This document shows positions 50,452 through 59,087 of a DNA stretch of 64,000 nucleotides, one piece after another (position 1 is the stretch's first letter; every line of letters begins with the position of its first letter). The notes under the pieces were generated by a model. It was not told the DNA's origin, did not search any database, and saw only the letters and a program-made list of their open reading frames with translations. The position numbers were made by a program, and so were the translations under genes. The stretch comes from a virus (taxonomy: Duplodnaviria; Caudoviricetes), in the IMG/VR virus record IMGVR_UViG_3300030330_006573, positions 64,001 through 128,000 of that record; one strand, written 5' to 3'.

Positions 50452-53400
50452 TTTATCAAACAGTAATATCAACACCTCTCAAAGAAGAGGTAAATCTGGA
50501 CTTCATCCAGAAGGCGAAGGTTATAACCTAGTCGCAGGTAATTTAGTTCAAGGAGATTGTACAAATCCTGGATCGATTATTTTAGCATCTAACTTACTTC
50601 TGCCCTTCGATGACAGAACAATTAATTATGATGTTGACAATTGCGATCCAGAGCCATTTCCTACAATCCCTCCTACTGAAACTCCAACATGTTATCCTTC
50701 TGGGCCAAGTATTTCTCGAAACTCTCCGCCAAGTTGCCCATCAAGAGATGTTAGACGCTTTTCTTTTAATGTTTTTGAGTCTCACCCGCAATCTGACCCA
50801 GCTGATTTAGCTGTATCAATTGATATCGCAAGCGGTTTTGAAAAAAACGGAATAGGCTTTAACGAGGATGGCGGTGGATCTACTTATGTTGGACTCAAAA
50901 ATGGTTCCTTTTTAAATAATTTAACTAATTGGACTACTGATGTAGGAACGCCACAAATTGTAAATGGCGGTTCTAGTAGTTTGCCAACAAAACCAAAAAA
51001 TAAAAAGGGTGTTGCATCAGTCGGTGGTGCCGAGCTTAGGATTAGCCAAAGCTCTTTATTATTGCAATCCAATACTACTTATACCCTTACTGTTGGCACG
51101 GGAAGAAATTCTGGCCCGATTTTAGTTACATTTGACGAAAAAGTACATATAGATGGCAGGTTTGATAAATCACATAGATTTGAAGGAAATCAAACTTTTA
51201 GAACTTCATCAACAACCCCAAGCTCTGTTCAATTTGGACTAATAGGAGCACAATCACTTTATTATGTTAATTTTCGATTAGGGTCACATAATAATAAACA
51301 TCATATAGAAAATAACCTGTATTATTCTTGGGCAGCTTCTTCAACTAATTATATTCCTACTATTGAGCATTATGGTGCAGCTGGATCTGAATCTGGCAAT
51401 TGTATACCTGACTGCATAGCAATATCTGCAAGCAATATAGCTTGCGATGGCTCTACTCAATCTAATTCTACTGTGCTTTGCATCGATGATTGTGTAGAAT
51501 GCACTCCTACCCCAGAAACACCCATAACTGAAACATTTACTCTTCCTCCAGAGACTTCTGAATTTCCACCTTCAACCCCTCCTTTTACTGATGTTGAGTG
51601 TGTTTGTATAAAAATTAGTTCTTCCAAAAGGCACTTTAATGCTACATATTCTTATAAAGATTGCAGTGGCGCCGATCAAACAGGATCTATTTCTGGCTTA
51701 AGCACTCAATATGTCTGCGCAAAAGATGGGACTTTTGCTCTAAGTCAACCTCAATACAGTGATGTAAAGTTTGATATTGATTCTATTAATTGCAATAATT
51801 GTCCTCCCGTTCCTAGTCCCACTCCGACACCAACTCCGACTCCTCTTACTGCTCATACCCCTTGTACTCTACCTGTAGATTCTTTTACTCCAACCCCTCA
51901 TATTAGATCTACTCCTTTAACACCAACACCTTACACTCCCTTTACTTTCCATGTAGATAGTTTTTCTCCCTCCCCAACTTCTACCCCGACTCCTACTCCT
52001 GTTACAGAAACCCCTATTACTCCAACTCCCGTTACTGCAACTCCTAAAACCCTAACTCCCACACCAACCCCTACTCCAACTCCTGTTACAGAAACCCCTG
52101 AAACAAATACCCCGACACCGACACCGACAGTTACTCCCACAGTTGTAACAACCCCAAACACTCCATTTACTCCGTTTACTGAATCCACTTTTGATACTCA
52201 ATTCCCACCGCCACCACCCCCCCCACCACCACCAGTTGCAACTCCAGAGACGGAGTGCGAAGAAGAATCTGCAAAATTTCACCCTTGTATGCAGCCTTGT
52301 TTCCCGCAAAAACCAGATTTAGAGTTTTGCCAAGGAAGATTACATCACAATATTTATAAAAATATAGATAGCGATGAGTATTGCTGTGATGATGCTGAGT
52401 GGATTACAAATCAAGTATCCCCACCACACCACAAATCAGATACTTGTACTAGTTTACTTACTCACCCGCAAGGTTCAAATATAGGTAAATGCATAAAAGG
52501 ACCACGCTGTCAATGCAGAAAAGATGCTACATATCCAGATGATAGATACAATCGTTTTGATGCAGAAGGAAATGAGCAAAGACCTGAATTTTACAATAGA
52601 ATAAGTAGGTCTGACTTTGAAGCTATTACATGCGACAATCCCTCTGTAGAATTTACTGGAGGCTGCCTTGGAGCTGAGTTTTGTCCAGTTTGTGAAATCA
52701 GGACTTCAGAGTTTTGCGCATCTTACCACGGAATGTCGTATGACGTTTATAATAAAAAATACTATTTTCCTCCTGGCGTAGGTCCTACTAGTTGCGAAGC
52801 CTGCATGTGCCTAGATGGACAGACTCAAACAGTTGAATCGGTAAAAGATAAAGCTGAGAATCAACTTCGTTTTCAAAATGGCATACCTGCTCGTCGTGCA
52901 TTTAGGAACGTAAGAGATGTTACTGGCTCATGCTATAATTGCGTGAAGTCCAGAAACATGTATCAAGTTAATAAATGGCTAAACGATGATGCAGGCGATA
53001 TTTATGATGATGAGCCGTGCTGCGGAACTGTTCCGCTTGGATGCATAGGTCAAGGACAAACTTGGTGCGAAGAAGGATTTAAATGCCCAACATGTCCCTG
53101 TCAGAAAGTAGAATTTTCATATACAGTCAAGCATTTATTTAAAGATGATTGTAGAATTGGAGGAACTGGAAACCATTTAGTCTTAAAAGAAGAGCGAGTT
53201 GGCGCTGGTCCCGTGCATTTTGAAATTTTTATTAATTACGAATGTGAAGATGGTGACTTAAAAGACAATGTAAGTGTCAGCATAACTTATAATAGAGGCA
53301 ATAACTCTGGTTGTGGATACAATCCTTTAATACATGATAAACCAATAATTGATACAGCCCAAAGACTTGGAGGGAAGATTAGAATTGCTATTCCAGAAAA

Positions 53401-55150
53401 TACAGTAAAAACTAGGGACTGTATATCTAAAGATGGGGAAGGAGGAACTAGAAGAAGAAACTTCCCAGATTCTTATTTGTGGTTATGCCCTCAAAATGAA
53501 TACATAGAAGTTCTAGACAAATCAGGAGTAGATTATATATGCCCAACTGGAGGTTGCGCAAAATATACTAGATGCTATAGCAGTGATGGCCCATCATGTA
53601 ATGCATCTGATGCAAGCAAGAATTGCAATGATGGTGCTCCAGGAGATGATATTTTGTACATAAAAATGTGCGGAGATGTTGTTGAGCCAGACCATACTTT
53701 TCCAGGAGGTATATTATATAAAGACGGATGGTGCTATACTTTAGATGGACAAGTGGACGTTTCACATTGCGGAGGAACATCTTCTGATGAGGGTTTGTGT
53801 GGCAATGCGAGATTTATATCTGCTCAAAACTGTGCTGATGCTTCTGCAATAGACTTTGATGATTTTGATGAAGTTAAAAATTCTTACGACAACTTTAATG
53901 AAGATACTGACGAAAATATTTGTTGCGAGTGTTGTGGGTGCTGTTGTACAGGAAGCTGTGCTGAATACCAAAGATGCTTCCCAGATGATACTTTAGCAAG
54001 ATGGAATAACGGAGATGGTACAAAAGATACTTGTAAAGCTCCAGGAGTTGCCCCTTGCGACATAGAGACTGCCGATGTTCCTGAGAGCCTCTATGTTTCA
54101 CTTCGATCACATGAAACAGCTCCTTCTATGGTTAAATATCTTGATTGGTGCTGGACACTAGTCGACGCTACTTCTAGTTGTTCTAATTGTGGAGGTGATT
54201 GTTGCGAAGAGGATGACACTACTTACAAAAATGAAAATAAACATTTTCAAAAACTAAACATTACGATAAGTGGGGATATATTGGCATATCCGTTGACGCC
54301 TGGCACAGAAGACCCAACCTGTGAGGATTGTTGCGAATGTACTCCAGTACCTTCCCTAACCCCGACTCCGACTCCTACACCAACCCCAACTCCGACGCCT
54401 ACTCCGACACCTACCCCAACCCCTACGCCAACTCCGACACCTACCCCGACACCTACACCGACTCCGACTCCGACTGCTACTCCTACGCCCACATTTACTG
54501 ATACGCACTGGACGATTACTCCAAGTGACACACCACACTGTTCGGGTGGTTGCGCACAGTACAACATATGCGATTCTGAATGCAACGAGAACGATCCAGC
54601 GAAACCTTGCGACGAGAGCCAGAAGGCTAGTGTTCCAGGTACAAGCTACATAGCTTACTCTGGAGATTCAAGCAGTCTGCCTACTACCATAAAACTTCCA
54701 AATGGCTGGTGTTATACCTTGCAAGAAGGCAGGGCGGATACAGATAAATGTGGTGCAGCTTGCGGTCATCCATGTCCTTCCGATTCCACAAAATGGGTAA
54801 CCGACAAGCTGAACTTAGACCATGCATTGTGCGATGATATGAGCGAGGCTTCGAGCGGATTTAGCGGATGCAGTGATTGCTGTGAGTGTACTCCTAGCCC
54901 GACGCCTACGCCAACAGCCACCCCAACAGCTACCGCAACATCCACCGCAACATCCACCGCAACAGCTACCGCAACCCATAGCCCGACTCCGAGTCATACT
55001 CCGAGCCACACTCCAAGTCATACTTCTAGCCACAGCCCGACACCTACCCCAACAGTCGTAACAACACCAGTTGCAACAACACCAGTTGCAACAACACCAG
55101 TTGCAACAACAGCAGCTCCACCAACCTATCCTACTACTTATCCTTCTTGA
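50444..55150 (+). CDS. Large mucin-like Thr/Pro-repeat and Cys-rich protein
   Basis: CBM4-like segment (KNGSF..NW..ISQ..YTLTV); PT-rich linkers; (TP)19 tract; three Cys-rich repeats G(G/S)CAxY..C...WC(Y/W)TL...CCEC; no obvious signal peptide. Confidence 0.85.
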   Translation: MPSLSNSNINTSQRRGKSGLHPEGEGYNLVAGNLVQGDCTNPGSIILASNLLLPFDDRTINYDVDNCDPEPFPTIPPTETPTCYPSGPSISRNSPPSCPSRDVRRFSFNVFESHPQSDPADLAVSIDIASGFEKNGIGFNEDGGGSTYVGLKNGSFLNNLTNWTTDVGTPQIVNGGSSSLPTKPKNKKGVASVGGAELRISQSSLLLQSNTTYTLTVGTGRNSGPILVTFDEKVHIDGRFDKSHRFEGNQTFRTSSTTPSSVQFGLIGAQSLYYVNFRLGSHNNKHHIENNLYYSWAASSTNYIPTIEHYGAAGSESGNCIPDCIAISASNIACDGSTQSNSTVLCIDDCVECTPTPETPITETFTLPPETSEFPPSTPPFTDVECVCIKISSSKRHFNATYSYKDCSGADQTGSISGLSTQYVCAKDGTFALSQPQYSDVKFDIDSINCNNCPPVPSPTPTPTPTPLTAHTPCTLPVDSFTPTPHIRSTPLTPTPYTPFTFHVDSFSPSPTSTPTPTPVTETPITPTPVTATPKTLTPTPTPTPTPVTETPETNTPTPTPTVTPTVVTTPNTPFTPFTESTFDTQFPPPPPPPPPPVATPETECEEESAKFHPCMQPCFPQKPDLEFCQGRLHHNIYKNIDSDEYCCDDAEWITNQVSPPHHKSDTCTSLLTHPQGSNIGKCIKGPRCQCRKDATYPDDRYNRFDAEGNEQRPEFYNRISRSDFEAITCDNPSVEFTGGCLGAEFCPVCEIRTSEFCASYHGMSYDVYNKKYYFPPGVGPTSCEACMCLDGQTQTVESVKDKAENQLRFQNGIPARRAFRNVRDVTGSCYNCVKSRNMYQVNKWLNDDAGDIYDDEPCCGTVPLGCIGQGQTWCEEGFKCPTCPCQKVEFSYTVKHLFKDDCRIGGTGNHLVLKEERVGAGPVHFEIFINYECEDGDLKDNVSVSITYNRGNNSGCGYNPLIHDKPIIDTAQRLGGKIRIAIPENTVKTRDCISKDGEGGTRRRNFPDSYLWLCPQNEYIEVLDKSGVDYICPTGGCAKYTRCYSSDGPSCNASDASKNCNDGAPGDDILYIKMCGDVVEPDHTFPGGILYKDGWCYTLDGQVDVSHCGGTSSDEGLCGNARFISAQNCADASAIDFDDFDEVKNSYDNFNEDTDENICCECCGCCCTGSCAEYQRCFPDDTLARWNNGDGTKDTCKAPGVAPCDIETADVPESLYVSLRSHETAPSMVKYLDWCWTLVDATSSCSNCGGDCCEEDDTTYKNENKHFQKLNITISGDILAYPLTPGTEDPTCEDCCECTPVPSLTPTPTPTPTPTPTPTPTPTPTPTPTPTPTPTPTPTPTPTATPTPTFTDTHWTITPSDTPHCSGGCAQYNICDSECNENDPAKPCDESQKASVPGTSYIAYSGDSSSLPTTIKLPNGWCYTLQEGRADTDKCGAACGHPCPSDSTKWVTDKLNLDHALCDDMSEASSGFSGCSDCCECTPSPTPTPTATPTATATSTATSTATATATHSPTPSHTPSHTPSHTSSHSPTPTPTVVTTPVATTPVATTPVATTAAPPTYPTTYPS
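54359..54472 (+). repeat. (ACN CCN)19 Thr-Pro coding repeat with scrambled synonymous codons
   Basis: acc ccg act ccg act cct aca cca acc cca act ccg acg cct... Confidence 0.92.
55061..55105 (+). repeat. Three exact 15-bp tandem repeats (acaacaccagttgca)
   Basis: Read directly; encodes (TTPVA)3. Confidence 0.92.
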
Positions 55151-55175
55151 TTTTTTTAGGTTATCGAGTTAATAT
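55147..55175 (+). promoter_or_regulatory. sigma70-type leaderless promoter (TTGATT-17-TAATAT)
   Basis: -10 ends 6 nt before GTG 55182. Confidence 0.55.
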
Positions 55176-55181
55176 AAACTT

Positions 55182-56621
55182 GTGATAACTGCAATTATTG
55201 CATACAAGCAAGATAGCATTGAAAGAAAGAGGAATTTAAACTTTTTAATTAAAGTTTTAAAAAAAAATTCAATCGAAGTAATTATTGCTGAGCAGAAAGA
55301 ATCTATCGATAACGATGGAGAATTGAAAAAATATAGGAAGCCAGGTGAGATTTGGCTAGAATATTACTCTAACAAGCCCTTTCACAAATCAAAACTATAT
55401 AATCTTTCAGCTCAAATTTGCGTCACACAAAATATATTACTTTTAGATGCTGACGTAATTCTAGATTTTAAAGTTCTCCCAGAGTTATGCAAGCTTTCTG
55501 ATTTGTGTAGGCCATTCTCTGAAATTTTTAGCTTATCTAACAGCGAAACTGAAGAATATATAAATAATGGAGTGCCACCAAATTTAAAAGATAAAACTGG
55601 AGATGATTATACAGGTAAGTATTCAATATTGATTTCTAAAGATTTATTTTTAAGATCTGGCGGTTTTGATGAAGATATTGCTGGTTGGGGTTGGGAGGAT
55701 TTAGACTTCATACATAATAAGTTGAAAGACTATTCTTCTTATATCCCAATAAACTGTCATGGATATCATCTATGGCACCCTAAGACAAATAAAGATTACG
55801 AAAGGAAAAATTATTTTATTTATAAAAACAATCACTCTTACAGAAGACACATATCTTTTTGCACTGCTATTAAAAATAGAAAATTTCAAATCGAAGAAAC
55901 GTTAGAAAAAAATATTGAAGACAATTTAGAATATAGAGATTTTTGTGAGTTTACAATTTTAGACTGCGACTCAAGCGATAGAGTTTCAGAATGGATAATT
56001 GACAATTTTTCCGAATATATTGCAGATGGATATTTAAAACTATTTAAAATTAAAGACTTTCCATACTGGAATGCTTCAATTGCTAAAAATACATGCCACA
56101 ATCTTTCTGAAGGCGAAATTTTAGTAAACTTAGATTGTGATAATTACACAGGAGAGGGCGGGGCAAAAATTATTTATGATCTTTTTTCATCTAATAAAGA
56201 CATTAACTGCTATCATCAGTGGTGCAAGAAAGAATGGTTCAGTGGAAATTATGGCAGAATATCTTTTAGAAGAGATGTATTTGAAGAATTAGGAGGTTAT
56301 GACGAGTCATTCTATGGTATGGGCTATCAAGATACAGATATAATAAAGAGGTGTTCAGCTATGTTCCCTAATACAGTTGGTGAATTTAAATCCTTAAAAT
56401 ATAATAAAGCCATTAAGAACAAGAAAGATCTTTCTATAGAAAATTTAACAGAAGAAGAAATAAAAATGGGATTTCGTGAAATCAACAATATAAATAAATC
56501 AAATTCAGAGATAAATATTTCAAACAATCGCTTAGTAGCTAATGAGGGTATCTTTGGAATAAGATCAAAAATACTTTATTACGATTTTAAAAAAGCAAAG
56601 TTTTGGAACCTTTGTGCTTGA
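55182..56621 (+). CDS. Tandem GT2/GT7-like (galactosyltransferase C-terminal motif) glycosyltransferase
   Basis: Two GT-A domains: LDADV...GGFDEDIAGWGWED...HLWH and LDCDN...GGYDESFYGMGYQD. Confidence 0.85.
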   Translation: MITAIIAYKQDSIERKRNLNFLIKVLKKNSIEVIIAEQKESIDNDGELKKYRKPGEIWLEYYSNKPFHKSKLYNLSAQICVTQNILLLDADVILDFKVLPELCKLSDLCRPFSEIFSLSNSETEEYINNGVPPNLKDKTGDDYTGKYSILISKDLFLRSGGFDEDIAGWGWEDLDFIHNKLKDYSSYIPINCHGYHLWHPKTNKDYERKNYFIYKNNHSYRRHISFCTAIKNRKFQIEETLEKNIEDNLEYRDFCEFTILDCDSSDRVSEWIIDNFSEYIADGYLKLFKIKDFPYWNASIAKNTCHNLSEGEILVNLDCDNYTGEGGAKIIYDLFSSNKDINCYHQWCKKEWFSGNYGRISFRRDVFEELGGYDESFYGMGYQDTDIIKRCSAMFPNTVGEFKSLKYNKAIKNKKDLSIENLTEEEIKMGFREINNINKSNSEINISNNRLVANEGIFGIRSKILYYDFKKAKFWNLCA

Positions 56622-56646
56622 ATTTATTAAGCCTTGTTAATATCAT
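56618..56646 (+). promoter_or_regulatory. sigma70-type leaderless promoter (TTGAAT-17-TATCAT)
   Basis: -10 ends 6 nt before GTG 56653. Confidence 0.6.
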
Positions 56647-56652
56647 ATTCTC

Positions 56653-56997
56653 GTGAAGCTGAAGCAAACTGCTAAGAAAGAAATATTGCACAGAATATTA
56701 AATATTCCCAAAACCCAAAAGAGGCATTTTTGGAGTAGGGAAATAAAGATATTGAATGATTTATTTAAAATCTATCCAATTGAAGAATTTTGGAGCTTAG
56801 TTTCTTTTGAAAAAAAATATGATAGTATGACATTTTTAATTTCAGATTACGGTAAAAAACTTTTAAAAAAAAAGTTTTTAGAGTTTAGCTACGTAGTTCC
56901 TAAAACTAAAACAATCGAGCTTGGCGATAAAACAGGAGATGATTTTATAATTGAAAACAAACCTAAAACTATAAAAGATTTTTTAAGATATGAGTGA
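56653..56997 (+). CDS. Hypothetical protein
   Basis: 114-aa ORF overlapping the recA start. Confidence 0.65.
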   Translation: MKLKQTAKKEILHRILNIPKTQKRHFWSREIKILNDLFKIYPIEEFWSLVSFEKKYDSMTFLISDYGKKLLKKKFLEFSYVVPKTKTIELGDKTGDDFIIENKPKTIKDFLRYE

Positions 56998-58081
56998 AAC
57001 ACTAGATCAAATTAATAAATTTTTGTCTGATAAAGACAACTCAAAATACCATTACAACAACTACGAAGAAGATAACTATAAAATTTCATCTGGCAGCCTT
57101 AACTTAGATTTAGCCCTTGGTGGAGGATTTCCAGCTGGAGCGCATCGTTTTACTGGTGTTAATGAAGGAGGCAAGACTAGCTGTGCATTAACAGTTGCAA
57201 AAAACTTTCAAGAGAAATTCAAGAAAAATGGCATGATCATTTACATAAGGAGTGAAGGTAGATTGTCTCCAGAAGTTCTTTCTAGAAGCGGAATAGATAC
57301 AAGTGAGGAGAGATTTTTTAGATTTGATTGTAATATATTTGAAAAAGTCTTTCAGTTAATAAGAACTCTTGTCGAAGATAATAAAGAAGATAAGAAATAT
57401 ATGTTTATAGTTGATAGTGTTGACGCTCTTTGCAGAATAGGTGATTTTGATAAACCATTTGATGAAAGTGAACAGGTCGCTGGCGGAGCTTTAGTCACCT
57501 CTGTTTTTCTAAAGAAAATGGTTTTACCTATAACAAAAATGGGTCATATGATGATCCTTACCTCTCAAGTTAGGGTTGAGGTAGCATCAAACCCTTATGC
57601 AGCGAGAGGTGGTCCAAAAGTCAAGCAAGCTGGAGGCAATGCAGTAAAACACTATTCCAATTTTATCTTGGAATTTCAAGAAAGATATAATTCAGACATT
57701 ATTTTCCCAAACCCAAGTGCATCAAAACTTGAAGATAAAGGCAGTCCTATTGGTCACTTTTGCAAAATAATTTTTAGAAAAAGTGTTAATGAAAAAACTG
57801 GTGCGGTGATTAGATACCCAATAAGATATGGAAGGACTGATGGAAATAGCATTTGGGTAGAAAGAGAAATCATAGATATGATGAAGCTATGGGGATATAT
57901 CGAACAAAAGGGCGCATGGATTTCTATAGACAGCGAGATCGTTTCTGCTTGTAAGGATAAATCTATAGAGTGCCCAGAGAAGATACAGGGAGAGCCTAAA
58001 TTTGTAGAATTTTTGGAAGAAAACAAGAAATTTTCTAAATTTATTTTACAATATATAAACTCTAATTTTTACAATGCCTAA
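56990..58081 (+). CDS. recA: RecA/UvsX-like recombinase
   Basis: SSGSLNLDLALGGGFP; GVNEGGKTS; IVDSVDAL; SQVR; GGNAVKHYS; IEQKGAW. Confidence 0.9.
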   Translation: MSETLDQINKFLSDKDNSKYHYNNYEEDNYKISSGSLNLDLALGGGFPAGAHRFTGVNEGGKTSCALTVAKNFQEKFKKNGMIIYIRSEGRLSPEVLSRSGIDTSEERFFRFDCNIFEKVFQLIRTLVEDNKEDKKYMFIVDSVDALCRIGDFDKPFDESEQVAGGALVTSVFLKKMVLPITKMGHMMILTSQVRVEVASNPYAARGGPKVKQAGGNAVKHYSNFILEFQERYNSDIIFPNPSASKLEDKGSPIGHFCKIIFRKSVNEKTGAVIRYPIRYGRTDGNSIWVEREIIDMMKLWGYIEQKGAWISIDSEIVSACKDKSIECPEKIQGEPKFVEFLEENKKFSKFILQYINSNFYNA

Positions 58082-59087
58082 GAAGAAAGCAAACTCTGAT
58101 AAAGACAAAAAAGATGGACAAATAATCCTTGCAAAGTGGCAAGGAAGGTTTGGCAACAGGATGCATCAATATGCATACCTTTCTACATATGCAAATAAGT
58201 TGAATGTAGAATTAGTTCTTCCGTCTGAATGGGAAGGAGATAAGCTTTTTTCCAATAACAAGCATACAATCATACAAGATGACGATTTAAGACTCAAGTT
58301 AAATCAGTCCCACAAAGATCTAGATACAAAAGAATTTAAAAGCGAAGCTTTCGAGGAATACAACAAGAGAACAAATAGTGATTTTAAGTTTTTAAATCCT
58401 CATGACGCTAGTCAGACTTGGATTGACTTAAAACAATCTTGGGTAATGGACTTATGTGCATATCAAGAAGAGATATTTAAAGGTATGTCAACTAAATTCC
58501 TAAAGGAAACTTTTGAATTTTCAGATGAAGTAAAAAATACTGATGTTTACAAATATTTAGAAGACAAACAGGGTACTTATGATATAGCTCACCTTAGGAG
58601 AGATGATATATCTAATCCGAATTACGAAAATAATTTTGGATACTCTGTAATATCAAAAAAATCATACGAAAAAGCTTTTAAGAAATTTGATATAGACCCT
58701 CAAAAAGTAGAATGGACTACTGATGACTGGACTGGGAAATGGGGAGTTGGTAGTCCGTCTGAAGGAAAATGGTTTAGTAGGCGAGGCAACTGGACATATC
58801 CAATGGGATCCGAATACATGAAAGATATCATGTTTGACTGGTTTCCAGACTTCTTGAGAATTTATTTTGCCAGATCTGTTTTTAGGGCAAACTCTTCTTT
58901 TAGTTTTTGGTCTTGTTTTTTAGGAAATCAAAAAAATATATTTTCTCCAGTATTAACTGAAAAGCAAATTTATTCTGGAACAAAAGGTTCAGGAAAACAA
59001 ATAGAAGTTAATTTTATAAGGGGTAATACACCTCATTGGCTTTGCCTAAAACAAGATCATTGTGGGAAAATAAAAATCCCTAAATGA
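58074..59087 (+). CDS. GT11 (alpha-1,2-fucosyltransferase)-like protein
   Basis: GRFGNRMHQYA; IAHLRRDD (HxRRGD-like); ANSSFSFW. Confidence 0.78.
   Translation: MPKKKANSDKDKKDGQIILAKWQGRFGNRMHQYAYLSTYANKLNVELVLPSEWEGDKLFSNNKHTIIQDDDLRLKLNQSHKDLDTKEFKSEAFEEYNKRTNSDFKFLNPHDASQTWIDLKQSWVMDLCAYQEEIFKGMSTKFLKETFEFSDEVKNTDVYKYLEDKQGTYDIAHLRRDDISNPNYENNFGYSVISKKSYEKAFKKFDIDPQKVEWTTDDWTGKWGVGSPSEGKWFSRRGNWTYPMGSEYMKDIMFDWFPDFLRIYFARSVFRANSSFSFWSCFLGNQKNIFSPVLTEKQIYSGTKGSGKQIEVNFIRGNTPHWLCLKQDHCGKIKIPK

Noticed and set aside
51931-55061. Antisense Val-Gly and Arg-Ser/Cys-rich ORFs
   Set aside because: Shadows of the Thr-Pro repeats on the coding strand
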